Source: an uncultured virus (IMG/VR IMGVR_UViG_3300029954_000006)
Lineage: Duplodnaviria; Heunggongvirae; Uroviricota; Caudoviricetes
Direction: 5' to 3' (one strand)
IMG/VR virus record: IMGVR_UViG_3300029954_000006
Length of the DNA: 20,000 nt
Position numbers and translations under genes: made by a program
Part shown: one piece after another, positions 7,852 through 16,396 of the stretch
Position numbering within the stretch: position 1 is the stretch's first letter
Layout of the letters: each line of letters starts with the position of its first letter
Notes under the pieces: generated by a model
What the model was told of the DNA's origin: nothing
The model's database searches: none
The model's input: only the letters and a program-made list of their open reading frames with translations

Positions 7852-9351
7852 TTAGGTTTTGGAGAAGTCGACCAGAACCTCGATCTGCCGGAGCTGGTTG
7901 GCGACATCGCCCGGCCAGTAGATTTTGGCGACGCTGCCGGCCTTCTGGACGATCACGCCGGCGGCGAAATCCTCCGGGTCCTGCATCACGCCGAGGTTGC
8001 AGACATAATCATAACGGTTGATCACCGCCGCCTTTATCATGCTCGGGGTGACGACGGCGTTGTTGAGCGCGCCGGAAATCCGCGTGCTGTCATCGACAAA
8101 GATTTTCCGGCCATAAAGGCTGGCGAGATAGATTTTCAGGTCGCGGCAGGTGTAGGCGAGCTGATAGCGCGTCTCGACGTCGAGAAAGCTGTCGTCCGGC
8201 ACGCCCGCGGTATTGAGTTGATACGTCGTGATGAGGCGGTCGGTGATCACCTGGCCGGCCGCGTTCACCACGAACGTGCTGCCGCCATCGAACAGCAGCG
8301 TGTTGCGGTCGCCCGCCGCGAACCGCTTGGCGACGGGAGGCGCCATCAGGTTCAGGATGATTTCCTGCAACGGCAGCGCCACGTTGGCGCGCACGGACAC
8401 CGCGACCTGACCGGTGATTTCCGCCGCCCAGATCCACGCCGGCTGGGGGGCGTCCCAGAACGGCATGATGGAGATCGCGGGGTCGTTGCGCTCCAGCAGG
8501 AGCGTGGTGACCGCGCCGAGGGTGCCGCGCATCGCCGCGAAGGCGCCGCCGTAGAGCTGCTGGAGCCAGCTCCAGCGGCCCGTGTTGTTGTCCATGAACG
8601 TCTGCCAGGCATTGAGCGACAACGCGTCCGTGTAGGGCATGACAACGAAGTCGAACTGCATGTCCGACAGGTTCGCGAGCGCGGACGCGAGCGCCGTGGG
8701 GTTCTGCGCGCCGCCGGCGAGCTGCGTTCCGGTCCCGACGAGCAGGTTCGTGAAGGTCAGGCCGGGCGGCACGACCTCGCTCGCCGCGTTGCCGTAATAG
8801 TTCAGCCGCGCGTCGATTTCGTTGCCGACCAGGCCCTTGTTGCGCGCGGTGAGGGTGACCACGCCGCCGGCGGCCGTGGCCGTAACCGGGAGCACCTGGG
8901 CGGCGGTGATGGCGGCGGCGATGTTCGCCGCGACGTCAGCGCCGGTGTCGTTGATGTTTACTTGGACGGGCACGAGCACGCCGGTGATGTACAGCGACAG
9001 CACGCCGGTCGCGGTGCAGGTGCCGGCGACGGTGATTGCCAGGGTGGCCGCGACGCTGGCCGGATCATCCTCCAGCGGCAGGTAGTAGACGGTCCCGAAA
9101 TTGTCGGCGCCCCGGTACTGCGCCGTCATCAGCGCCAGCATGGACCCCACGCCGCCCTGCAACACCGCGTCGGTGAGGCCGGCGGAAATGCACGGTTCAT
9201 TCGGCACGGCGGTGCCGGTGGGCAGTATCTGGCCAATAATGAGGGTCTGATACGTAACATCGCCGGAATTCGCCAGCGGCTCGATTTCTACGAACGTGCC
9301 GTGAATACGCAGGTTGGATGGGATTTTCTGGAAAACGATTGACCCGGACAT
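7852..9351 (-). CDS. Mu gpL-like contractile tail sheath protein, 499 aa
   Basis: FQKIPSNLRI.G.FVE...LIIGQ, GVGSMLALM, VTLTARNKG..GNEID, GRWSWLQQLYG, DDSFLDVET motifs. Length is typical. Confidence 0.95.
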   Translation of the reverse strand: MSGSIVFQKIPSNLRIHGTFVEIEPLANSGDVTYQTLIIGQILPTGTAVPNEPCISAGLTDAVLQGGVGSMLALMTAQYRGADNFGTVYYLPLEDDPASVAATLAITVAGTCTATGVLSLYITGVLVPVQVNINDTGADVAANIAAAITAAQVLPVTATAAGGVVTLTARNKGLVGNEIDARLNYYGNAASEVVPPGLTFTNLLVGTGTQLAGGAQNPTALASALANLSDMQFDFVVMPYTDALSLNAWQTFMDNNTGRWSWLQQLYGGAFAAMRGTLGAVTTLLLERNDPAISIMPFWDAPQPAWIWAAEITGQVAVSVRANVALPLQEIILNLMAPPVAKRFAAGDRNTLLFDGGSTFVVNAAGQVITDRLITTYQLNTAGVPDDSFLDVETRYQLAYTCRDLKIYLASLYGRKIFVDDSTRISGALNNAVVTPSMIKAAVINRYDYVCNLGVMQDPEDFAAGVIVQKAGSVAKIYWPGDVANQLRQIEVLVDFSKT

Positions 9352-9354
9352 GGG

Positions 9355-9777
9355 CTAGGCCCCCTTTACGGTGGCGGTTTGAGGCGCGCCTGGCACGGAG
9401 GCAGCGCCCCCGATGCTGCCCGCGCCGGCCACGGAGGCGGACTCGGGGCGGGGGTGGGACCATTGCCCCTCCCTGGCCGGCTCCACGCCGCCCGCGGCGC
9501 CCACGCTGCCCGCGCCGTGCGCCGTCGCCTCGTCCTTGGGGTGCGTCCAATGCTCGCCCCCGTGCGTCTCGCCGCCCGCGACGGTGCCGGTGCCGGGCAC
9601 GGTGCCCCCGCCGCTCGCCCCGACGGCCGCCGCGCCGGCCACGATGACGTCGCCGGCGTTGATGGCGCGGTGCCAATGCGTCGAAAGCGGCGTCGGAATG
9701 TCCGCGCCTTCCTCTGGGAGTTTCGTGCGCGAGCGTTCGTAATAGACCGTTCGCCCGGGGGCGGGTTTCAACAGCAT
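9355..9777 (-). CDS. DUF2635 (Mu gp38-like) protein with Gly/Ala-rich repeated C-terminal extension, 140 aa
   Basis: Start moved to ATG 9777 (AGGAG SD). MLLKPAPGRTV.....KLPEEG.....HWHRAINAGDV matches DUF2635. Immediately upstream of the sheath. Confidence 0.8.
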   Translation of the reverse strand: MLLKPAPGRTVYYERSRTKLPEEGADIPTPLSTHWHRAINAGDVIVAGAAAVGASGGGTVPGTGTVAGGETHGGEHWTHPKDEATAHGAGSVGAAGGVEPAREGQWSHPRPESASVAGAGSIGGAASVPGAPQTATVKGA

Positions 9778-9802
9778 CGCGGTTTCTCCTGGGGGGCGGT
9801 GG

Positions 9803-10324
9803 TCAGGCGGCGGGATAGATGACCGTGATCTCAATCGTCTGGTCGCCAATCACCGTGTTGACATCAATCTCGGTCAGCGGCGTCGTCAGCGGCGGGTCAA
9901 ACACTTGGTAGAATTCGCACCGGAAAAGCATGGTGGCCTCGCCGACAAACGTTTTTCCCGTGCCGTCGATCATGATGTTCGTTTCGACGGAGGGAAATTG
10001 CTGCAATGGATTGACCAGCAACGGATTGCACAAAACCGCGAACTCGATTTGCTCGACGAACTGCTCGATCAGCGTCTCGGCGATCTGAAACGTCGCCCCC
10101 TCAAGCCGCGCGACGACGAACAGATCGAAGGTCGCGATGAATTTCGGTGCCCCCGGGCCTGTCGAGACTTTTGCGTCTCTCGGGGTTTGCAGCAAAATCG
10201 CCGGCAGCATGTCCGAGCCGGTCGGCAGCGCGCGCGACTGGAACACCCGCGAACCAGCCAGGGTGCCCGCGAAAATGAGCTGCTCGGCCACCAGGGCGCG
10301 GTACTGCGCCCGATACAGCGTCAC
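9803..10324 (-). CDS. Putative tail terminator/completion protein, 173 aa
   Basis: Synteny between head-tail joining protein and sheath. T.AGSRVFQSR.LP.....LPAILL motif. GTGA coupling with the upstream gene. Confidence 0.7.
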   Translation of the reverse strand: MTLYRAQYRALVAEQLIFAGTLAGSRVFQSRALPTGSDMLPAILLQTPRDAKVSTGPGAPKFIATFDLFVVARLEGATFQIAETLIEQFVEQIEFAVLCNPLLVNPLQQFPSVETNIMIDGTGKTFVGEATMLFRCEFYQVFDPPLTTPLTEIDVNTVIGDQTIEITVIYPAA

Positions 10325-10698
10325 GCCTCGTTCAGCGGCAGCTTCGCCCCGCCATGCCCGTCCGGTTGGACTTCCTGCACGACGTAGACCCGGCCGGTCT
10401 CGATGATGGTCAACCGGTCGCCCTGCGCCGGCGGCGTGAGGAATTGCGACAGCTGAATGCCGAGCACCGGGCGCGCGCTGGTGATCTGCGAAGGCAGGCC
10501 GATCATGTCCCCGATCGCGAGCGGCGCGAGTTCCAGATATTCCGCGTCGAACACGCCGGTGATCGCAAACGGAGCCGTGGCGGGAACGCGGCTGTCCCGC
10601 GGTCCGACGGGACCGGCCGACACCATCGGCTGATACAGCACCGGCTGGCCGAACACCGCGACCGTCGGGCCGATGACGATGGTGTCCCAGTCAATCAC
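10321..10698 (-). CDS. Lambda FII-like head-tail joining (head closure) protein, 125 aa
   Basis: FGQPVLYQP...ITGVFD...PAQGDRLTI...YVVQEVQPDGHG pattern; position after the capsid. Confidence 0.78.
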   Translation of the reverse strand: MIDWDTIVIGPTVAVFGQPVLYQPMVSAGPVGPRDSRVPATAPFAITGVFDAEYLELAPLAIGDMIGLPSQITSARPVLGIQLSQFLTPPAQGDRLTIIETGRVYVVQEVQPDGHGGAKLPLNEA

Positions 10699-10976
10699 CG
10701 CGGTCCCTGCTGGTTGGCTTCGATCACCACCGGGGGGCCGCTTCCGCCGACCGGCGCCTGCCCGCCATCCGCCACGAGGAACCCGAGGGCGCCGAACCGT
10801 TTGGCGTCCAGAGGGTCCAGGTCGAGGATCGCGCCCGGACCGTACTGCCGCGTGTGGGCATAATCGAACGGCACCGGGACGCCCGACTTCTTGCTGTTCG
10901 CCACCATTTCGGGCGGCGGTTCGTGCATGACGATGGTGCGGCCGGGTGCCACCACGGCCTTGATTTTCTGTGGCAT
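10695..10976 (-). CDS. Small conserved phage protein at the lambda FI position, 93 aa
   Basis: ATG 10976 overlaps the capsid stop (TGATG) and its own stop overlaps the next GTG. AVVAPGRTI...YGPGAILDL...AKRF..LGFL. Function inferred from position only. Confidence 0.65.
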   Translation of the reverse strand: MPQKIKAVVAPGRTIVMHEPPPEMVANSKKSGVPVPFDYAHTRQYGPGAILDLDPLDAKRFGALGFLVADGGQAPVGGSGPPVVIEANQQGPR

Positions 10977-12055
10977 CAGTTGAGTGCTCCCGCGCAGACG
11001 GTCGCGGCCAGGAAGGCGTTGACCCGTGATGGAATGACGATCGGCGCCGACTGCATCATGATGAGCCGCTGCGCCGGGTCCTTGCTCGTCCACGTTTTCG
11101 GCGCGAACGGCATGGACTGATAGTTGAAGTCGGGATCGACGATGATGCCGAACCCACGGGTGCCCATCAATTCAGGGCCGCCCATCATCACGGTCCCGTC
11201 CGGGATCATCGGCTGTTCGACGTTGTTCTCGTCGACATACCAATCGTTGTAGACCCAGCAATCATACTGGCCCCAGCGTCCCTTGTAGACGCCGCCGCGC
11301 GCGATCTGCGCGCCGGGGTTCAGATCGTTGCCGTCTCCCAACTTCGGGTAGTAGACCGCGCCCTGGACGCCCACGGAGGCCAGAAAGCGCGTCCACGGCG
11401 TCGGGGTGAAGATGATGTCGGTGACCATCGCGCCCGAGGATTTCAGGATGTCATGCTGCCAGGTGTCGATGCTGGCCGTGGGCACGGGATCGAGGCCGGC
11501 GGCGTTGAAGTTGCTCGCCTGCCCCCATTGCGCGGCGCCGGTCAGGAGCAGCGTCAGCGTGGGGCTGCGGCCAAAGTCGATGACGGTGGTGGGAAAGCCG
11601 TCGCCGGCGATCGTCACGGTGCCCGTCATCAGCGCCTGCGCCGCCATCCATTCCAGGCGACGGGTCAGCATGTCGATCTGATCCGTCATCTCGAATTCAA
11701 GGTTGGCCATCTCGCGCTCCGCGCCGGTCATGTCGCCGCCGATCCGCTCCCCGATCATGCGCCGCACCGGCCGCCGCAGATCCGGCGCGCGCTTATCCTT
11801 GATGTAGGCGGGCTTGAACACGTTTGTTTGGATGCGCCGGCTTTCGACCATCTTTCCTTCAACCAGCGGCGAGACGAACGGCGACATGCGCCGCTTGCCG
11901 ATGTCCACGTCGATGGCGACGAATTCGCTGTCGGACGTGATGATGTTCGGAAAAAACTTGTCGAGCAGGAATGACTGCGCGCGTTTGAGGTTTGGAACCA
12001 CCTGCACGAGCGTCGTCGTATCGTAGATGAGATTGCCGCCTGAGGAGCCGGACAT
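10976..12055 (-). CDS. Major capsid protein, lambda gpE family, 359 aa
   Basis: FLLDKFFP, MSPFVSPLVEG, FKPAYIKDK, RRLEWMAAQAL, MMQSAPIVIP motifs. Confidence 0.95.
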   Translation of the reverse strand: MSGSSGGNLIYDTTTLVQVVPNLKRAQSFLLDKFFPNIITSDSEFVAIDVDIGKRRMSPFVSPLVEGKMVESRRIQTNVFKPAYIKDKRAPDLRRPVRRMIGERIGGDMTGAEREMANLEFEMTDQIDMLTRRLEWMAAQALMTGTVTIAGDGFPTTVIDFGRSPTLTLLLTGAAQWGQASNFNAAGLDPVPTASIDTWQHDILKSSGAMVTDIIFTPTPWTRFLASVGVQGAVYYPKLGDGNDLNPGAQIARGGVYKGRWGQYDCWVYNDWYVDENNVEQPMIPDGTVMMGGPELMGTRGFGIIVDPDFNYQSMPFAPKTWTSKDPAQRLIMMQSAPIVIPSRVNAFLAATVCAGALN

Positions 12056-12112
12056 TTTCGTTTACCTTCGGAAATTTGTCAGCGCGTGGTCGCCAGCGCC
12101 GGGCGCCGTCCG

Positions 12113-12805
12113 TTAGGGGAGTTCAACGGGATCAACCGCGGTGACGGAGGATTTGATGTGGATGCCGAACGCCGCCATCGCCGTGGTGAGCTGGGCGACG
12201 CTCCACGACGCGTCCGCGATGATCCGGCCCGCGTTGAATTCCCCACTGACGTAGGCACCGCCCTTGACCGGCCCCGCGCTGGCGTTGGCGGCATCGGCCA
12301 GAATCACGCTCGGGACCTGGCTGCCGTCCGTCGCGGTCTTGACGCTCGCGATATACGTTCCGGTGCCGGACGTGATCGCGATCGCGAAGCTGTCCCCCAC
12401 GGCGAAGGGGGTGGCGCCGGCGCTGATGGTGAAGGCGATTTCCGGGGAGTTGAACGGCGTGCCGACGGTGGCGTTGCCGAGCGGCTGTTTCTCGGGATCG
12501 GAGACCGCGAAGGTGTTGGCGGCCGTGGCAACGAGCGTATAAGGCGCGCCGTACTCCTCGCCCGCGCCGGGGGTGATCGCGCCAACCGTGCCGTTGCCCA
12601 CGTTCGCGGGGCCGGGCGAGGCGGCGGCCGTGAACGCCGTCTGCTGGCCGAGCACGGTGCCGCGCGCCAGAATGCCGGCGCCGATGACGATTGGCTGCGT
12701 CACCAGGTTGTGGTCGCCGGCGATCAGCTGGTCCGGCGTGTAGCTGTAGGCGAATTCCCCGGGAACCCAGGGATTGTCGCCGTACGGCGTGATGTTGAGA
12801 ACCAT
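12113..12805 (-). CDS. Head decoration protein (lambda gpD-like) with an inserted beta-rich domain, 230 aa
   Basis: YTPDQLIAGD...LARGTVLG at the N-terminus and ATDGSQVP..ILA....YVSGEFN at the C-terminus flank an insert of about 90 aa. Directly upstream of the capsid gene. Confidence 0.85.
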   Translation of the reverse strand: MVLNITPYGDNPWVPGEFAYSYTPDQLIAGDHNLVTQPIVIGAGILARGTVLGQQTAFTAAASPGPANVGNGTVGAITPGAGEEYGAPYTLVATAANTFAVSDPEKQPLGNATVGTPFNSPEIAFTISAGATPFAVGDSFAIAITSGTGTYIASVKTATDGSQVPSVILADAANASAGPVKGGAYVSGEFNAGRIIADASWSVAQLTTAMAAFGIHIKSSVTAVDPVELP

Positions 12806-12829
12806 GGGAAAATTCCTTTCGGGACGGGG

Positions 12830-13513
<684 letters not shown>

Positions 13514-13573
13514 CGTTGTTCTCCTTGATTTTTCGGGGGGCGCCAGCGCGGGCCGGCGAGTGTTAAGGCCGGG

Positions 13574-14392
13574 TCAGTCGACTTCCCGCAGCGACGCCAT
13601 CAGTTCGGCGAAAGCCTCGGTCGGCGACATGACCGCGTCGACAAGCCCGGCGGTCACGCCGTTGACACCCAGATACGCACGCGCCTGGGTGGCGCGGACC
13701 GCATCGGCGGACAGCCCGCGATTGCGGGCGACGGCGGCGACAAAATCCTCGCCGATCAGGTCGATGTCCGCCTGAAAGCGCGCCAGCGCCGCGTCACTGA
13801 GTTTCGTGGTGGGGTAGCCGTCCGACTTTTCGTCGCCGTATTGAATGGTCGTAACCTTGATCCCGGCGTTCGAGAGCATTTTCGTGACGTCCACATGCAG
13901 TTGGATCGCCCCGATGCTGCCGCTCATGCCGGCGGCCGGAATGGTGACCAGGTCGCAGGCGCTGGCCAACCAATACGCCGCGGAGCACGCATAGGGGTCC
14001 AAGATGGCCACCATGGGTTTTTCGCCGCGCGCGGCATAGATGAGGTCGCCGACTTCCGCGCAGCCGGCGCACTCCCCGCCGGGGCTGTCCACGCGGAGCA
14101 CGATCGCCTTCACCGAATCATCGCCCATTGCTTCGATGAAGCTCGCGGTGATGTCGCCGTAGGAAGATCCGCAGAACCACCAGTCACGGCTGTTCGTCAG
14201 CACGCCACAGACCGGAATTACCGCGATTTGACCCAGCGTTTCCGGCGCCGGCGGCTGATCGATGTCGTCAATTTCAACGTATCCCGCGGCGCGGTCCCGC
14301 TCCATCGCCGAGAGCGCGGCCAGATGCTCCGGCAGCAGCAGCAGCGGGCGGTTGAGCAGGCGGGCGGGGTAGCCGAGGGTCGGCGCCTTCAT
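13574..14392 (-). CDS. S49 family prohead (capsid maturation) protease, lambda gpC-like, 272 aa
   Basis: Start moved to ATG 14392 (ATGA overlap with the portal stop, GGAGG SD). IVLRVDSPGG, ACSAAYWLAS (catalytic Ser), GSIG, GDEKSDG (Lys), FVAAVARNRG. Confidence 0.93.
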   Translation of the reverse strand: MKAPTLGYPARLLNRPLLLLPEHLAALSAMERDRAAGYVEIDDIDQPPAPETLGQIAVIPVCGVLTNSRDWWFCGSSYGDITASFIEAMGDDSVKAIVLRVDSPGGECAGCAEVGDLIYAARGEKPMVAILDPYACSAAYWLASACDLVTIPAAGMSGSIGAIQLHVDVTKMLSNAGIKVTTIQYGDEKSDGYPTTKLSDAALARFQADIDLIGEDFVAAVARNRGLSADAVRATQARAYLGVNGVTAGLVDAVMSPTEAFAELMASLREVD

Positions 14393-16044
14393 ACCGCCTC
14401 CGGCGCCTTCTCGGCCGCTTGTTCCGGGACGCCGATCGCCCATTGCGGTAGCGGGATGTTAAGAGTCTTCATCATCTCGATTTCATGCGCGCGCTGTTGC
14501 AACACCTCCTCGATATCCTGGCCTTGCAGCGCCAATTCCTCCTCCAGCGTCGAGAGGCACGCATCCATGCCCATGATCGCGCCCTTCTTCTCGTCAACCG
14601 GGTTGATCCAGCCGCGTCCGGGGCCGACCCAACGGCAGCGCGAATAGGCGTGCCGATATTCCATGTAGTCAGGCGCGCCGTTCGGCAGCGGCAGGTTGTC
14701 GACGATCATCGATTCCTCCAGCCAGGCGGAGCGGATCGGATCGGCGAAGCCGGACGCGAACGTATCGCGGCGGCGCTCCAGCGTTTTCCACGCCTCCAGC
14801 ATCGCGCCGCGCGCGCTGGAATAGTTTACGTCCGACCAGTCGTTGCTGATCTGCTGCGCGGAGAGGCCGGTGCCGGCGGCGACGTTGCGCAGCACCGCGT
14901 TCTCGAAATCCTTGAAGTTGCTGGTCGGGCGCTCCGCCGAAATCGTGTTGATGCTTTCCCCGGGGAACAGATGCGGCATGGTGGCGCCGTTGATCGCGAT
15001 CGAGTTCTGCCGCGCCCAGGCGACGCGATCCTCCTGGTAGCCGTTCAGCGACGTGGCGCCGTCGATGTCCGCTTCGTCGCCGCCCATCGCCTGCTTCACC
15101 AGCGACGGGTCCATCGGGCTTTCGACGTACGCCGAGAAAATCGCGTTGATGATCGCCGCCTCGAGTTCGCTGTTGTCGTAGCGCACCAGCATTTTCAGCC
15201 GTTGCATGATCGGCGTGAAAATGCCGACGCCGCCGCGATGCTGGCCGGCGCGCTCGGCCGGAAAGTGGTGGATGACCACCGGGCGGCCGTAGCGGGTCTC
15301 GCGCGGGCATTTTATCCAGGTCATGCTGTCCGCCGCCGCCCACCAATCGCCCTGGTGCGCCTTGCGAATCCAGTACGCCGTCGCGGCACCCCATTGGTCG
15401 ACTTCGACGCCGCCGCGCAGCGTGTCGCGATCGAACACCAGCTGCGGGTTGGACAATCGGTCCGGATCGACGATCTGCACGGCGGTGGCGTAGCGCGCGC
15501 GCCCCAGGCCGACGCGCTCCTTGATCACGGGCATCAGCGCAAGGCTGTCACCGTCGACCAGCTCGTGACGGAAGGCCACGCGCATCATGCCGCCGAACGT
15601 CAGGTTGCGGCCCGCGTCGCAATAATTGCCGGGGTCGTCGGCCCAGGAACGCCAGTGGCTGTCGACGGCGCGCCCGAAATCCTTGGCCCATTCGTGATCG
15701 AACGCACAGCCGGTTTCCCGCGCGAGAAACCGCCAGTCCGGTTTGGCGATGGGCCGAAAATTGGCGCCGACGGCGTTGTCCAAGATGCGGGTGACCGCGC
15801 CGGAGGCCCAACCATCGTTGCGAACAAGGTCGCGCGCCCGGGCGACGATCGTATCGCGATACGGATTCAGCTCGCTGTCGGCTGACCAAAGGTATGGTTG
15901 CCAGGCCGCGAAGGTCTGTGACGTGCGGTTGGCGGCGTCATAGGCCGGGGAGCCGAGGCCGCCGATGAGCGCCGCCTGACGCCGCGCGCGCGGCGATGGC
16001 GGCAGCGGCCGTCCGTCCGGACCGAGGACGCGGATTTCGGTCAA
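14389..16044 (-). CDS. Phage portal protein, lambda gpB family, 551 aa
   Basis: RARDLVRNDGWASGAV, DPDRLSNP, GGVEVD, NYSSARGAMLE, GPGRGWINPVDEKKG motifs. TTG start overlaps the gpW stop. Confidence 0.95.
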   Translation of the reverse strand: MTEIRVLGPDGRPLPPSPRARRQAALIGGLGSPAYDAANRTSQTFAAWQPYLWSADSELNPYRDTIVARARDLVRNDGWASGAVTRILDNAVGANFRPIAKPDWRFLARETGCAFDHEWAKDFGRAVDSHWRSWADDPGNYCDAGRNLTFGGMMRVAFRHELVDGDSLALMPVIKERVGLGRARYATAVQIVDPDRLSNPQLVFDRDTLRGGVEVDQWGAATAYWIRKAHQGDWWAAADSMTWIKCPRETRYGRPVVIHHFPAERAGQHRGGVGIFTPIMQRLKMLVRYDNSELEAAIINAIFSAYVESPMDPSLVKQAMGGDEADIDGATSLNGYQEDRVAWARQNSIAINGATMPHLFPGESINTISAERPTSNFKDFENAVLRNVAAGTGLSAQQISNDWSDVNYSSARGAMLEAWKTLERRRDTFASGFADPIRSAWLEESMIVDNLPLPNGAPDYMEYRHAYSRCRWVGPGRGWINPVDEKKGAIMGMDACLSTLEEELALQGQDIEEVLQQRAHEIEMMKTLNIPLPQWAIGVPEQAAEKAPEAV

Positions 16045-16355
16045 TAGTAGACCGGACGCATCGGGCGCCGGAGGTTCCGGACGCCGAGCGCCTGCTGCAA
16101 CAGCATGATCCAGCCGGTGAGCTGGCCGATGTTGATCATGTTGTACGTGACTGATTTCGTGCCGTCGCCCTGGCCATAGCTGGCGGTCACCACCTTGCCG
16201 CCGACCTGCCAGTTCGTGAGCGCCAGCTGCGCCGAGGCCAGCGCTGCCTGCAGCTGCGGCACGGACATGCCGGTGAGGATGGTGGGGCGCGTCGGCGCAT
16301 AGCCGACGACGCCCACCGTCACCGGCTGCCCGGTGGTGATGTTCACAAGCGTCAT
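16041..16355 (-). CDS. gpW-like head-to-tail joining protein, 104 aa
   Basis: QLQAALASAQ.A.....GGKVVTASY.QGDGTKSVTY...L...I..LQQALG pattern; between terL and portal; GGAG SD. Confidence 0.87.
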   Translation of the reverse strand: MTLVNITTGQPVTVGVVGYAPTRPTILTGMSVPQLQAALASAQLALTNWQVGGKVVTASYGQGDGTKSVTYNMINIGQLTGWIMLLQQALGVRNLRRPMRPVYY

Positions 16356-16366
16356 GGGGACACTCC

Positions 16367-16396
16367 GGTTGGCCGCTGGTTGGCCGCTGGTTGGCC
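16367..16396. repeat. 11-bp tandem repeat (GGTTGGCCGCT) x2.7 in the terL-gpW spacer
   Basis: Units at 16367-16377 and 16378-16388, with a partial unit at 16389-16396. Confidence 0.9.

Noticed and set aside
9451..9462. WSHP resembling the start of a Strep-tag
   Set aside because: Only four residues match and it is one unit of a natural W[TS]HP repeat; no sign of engineering.
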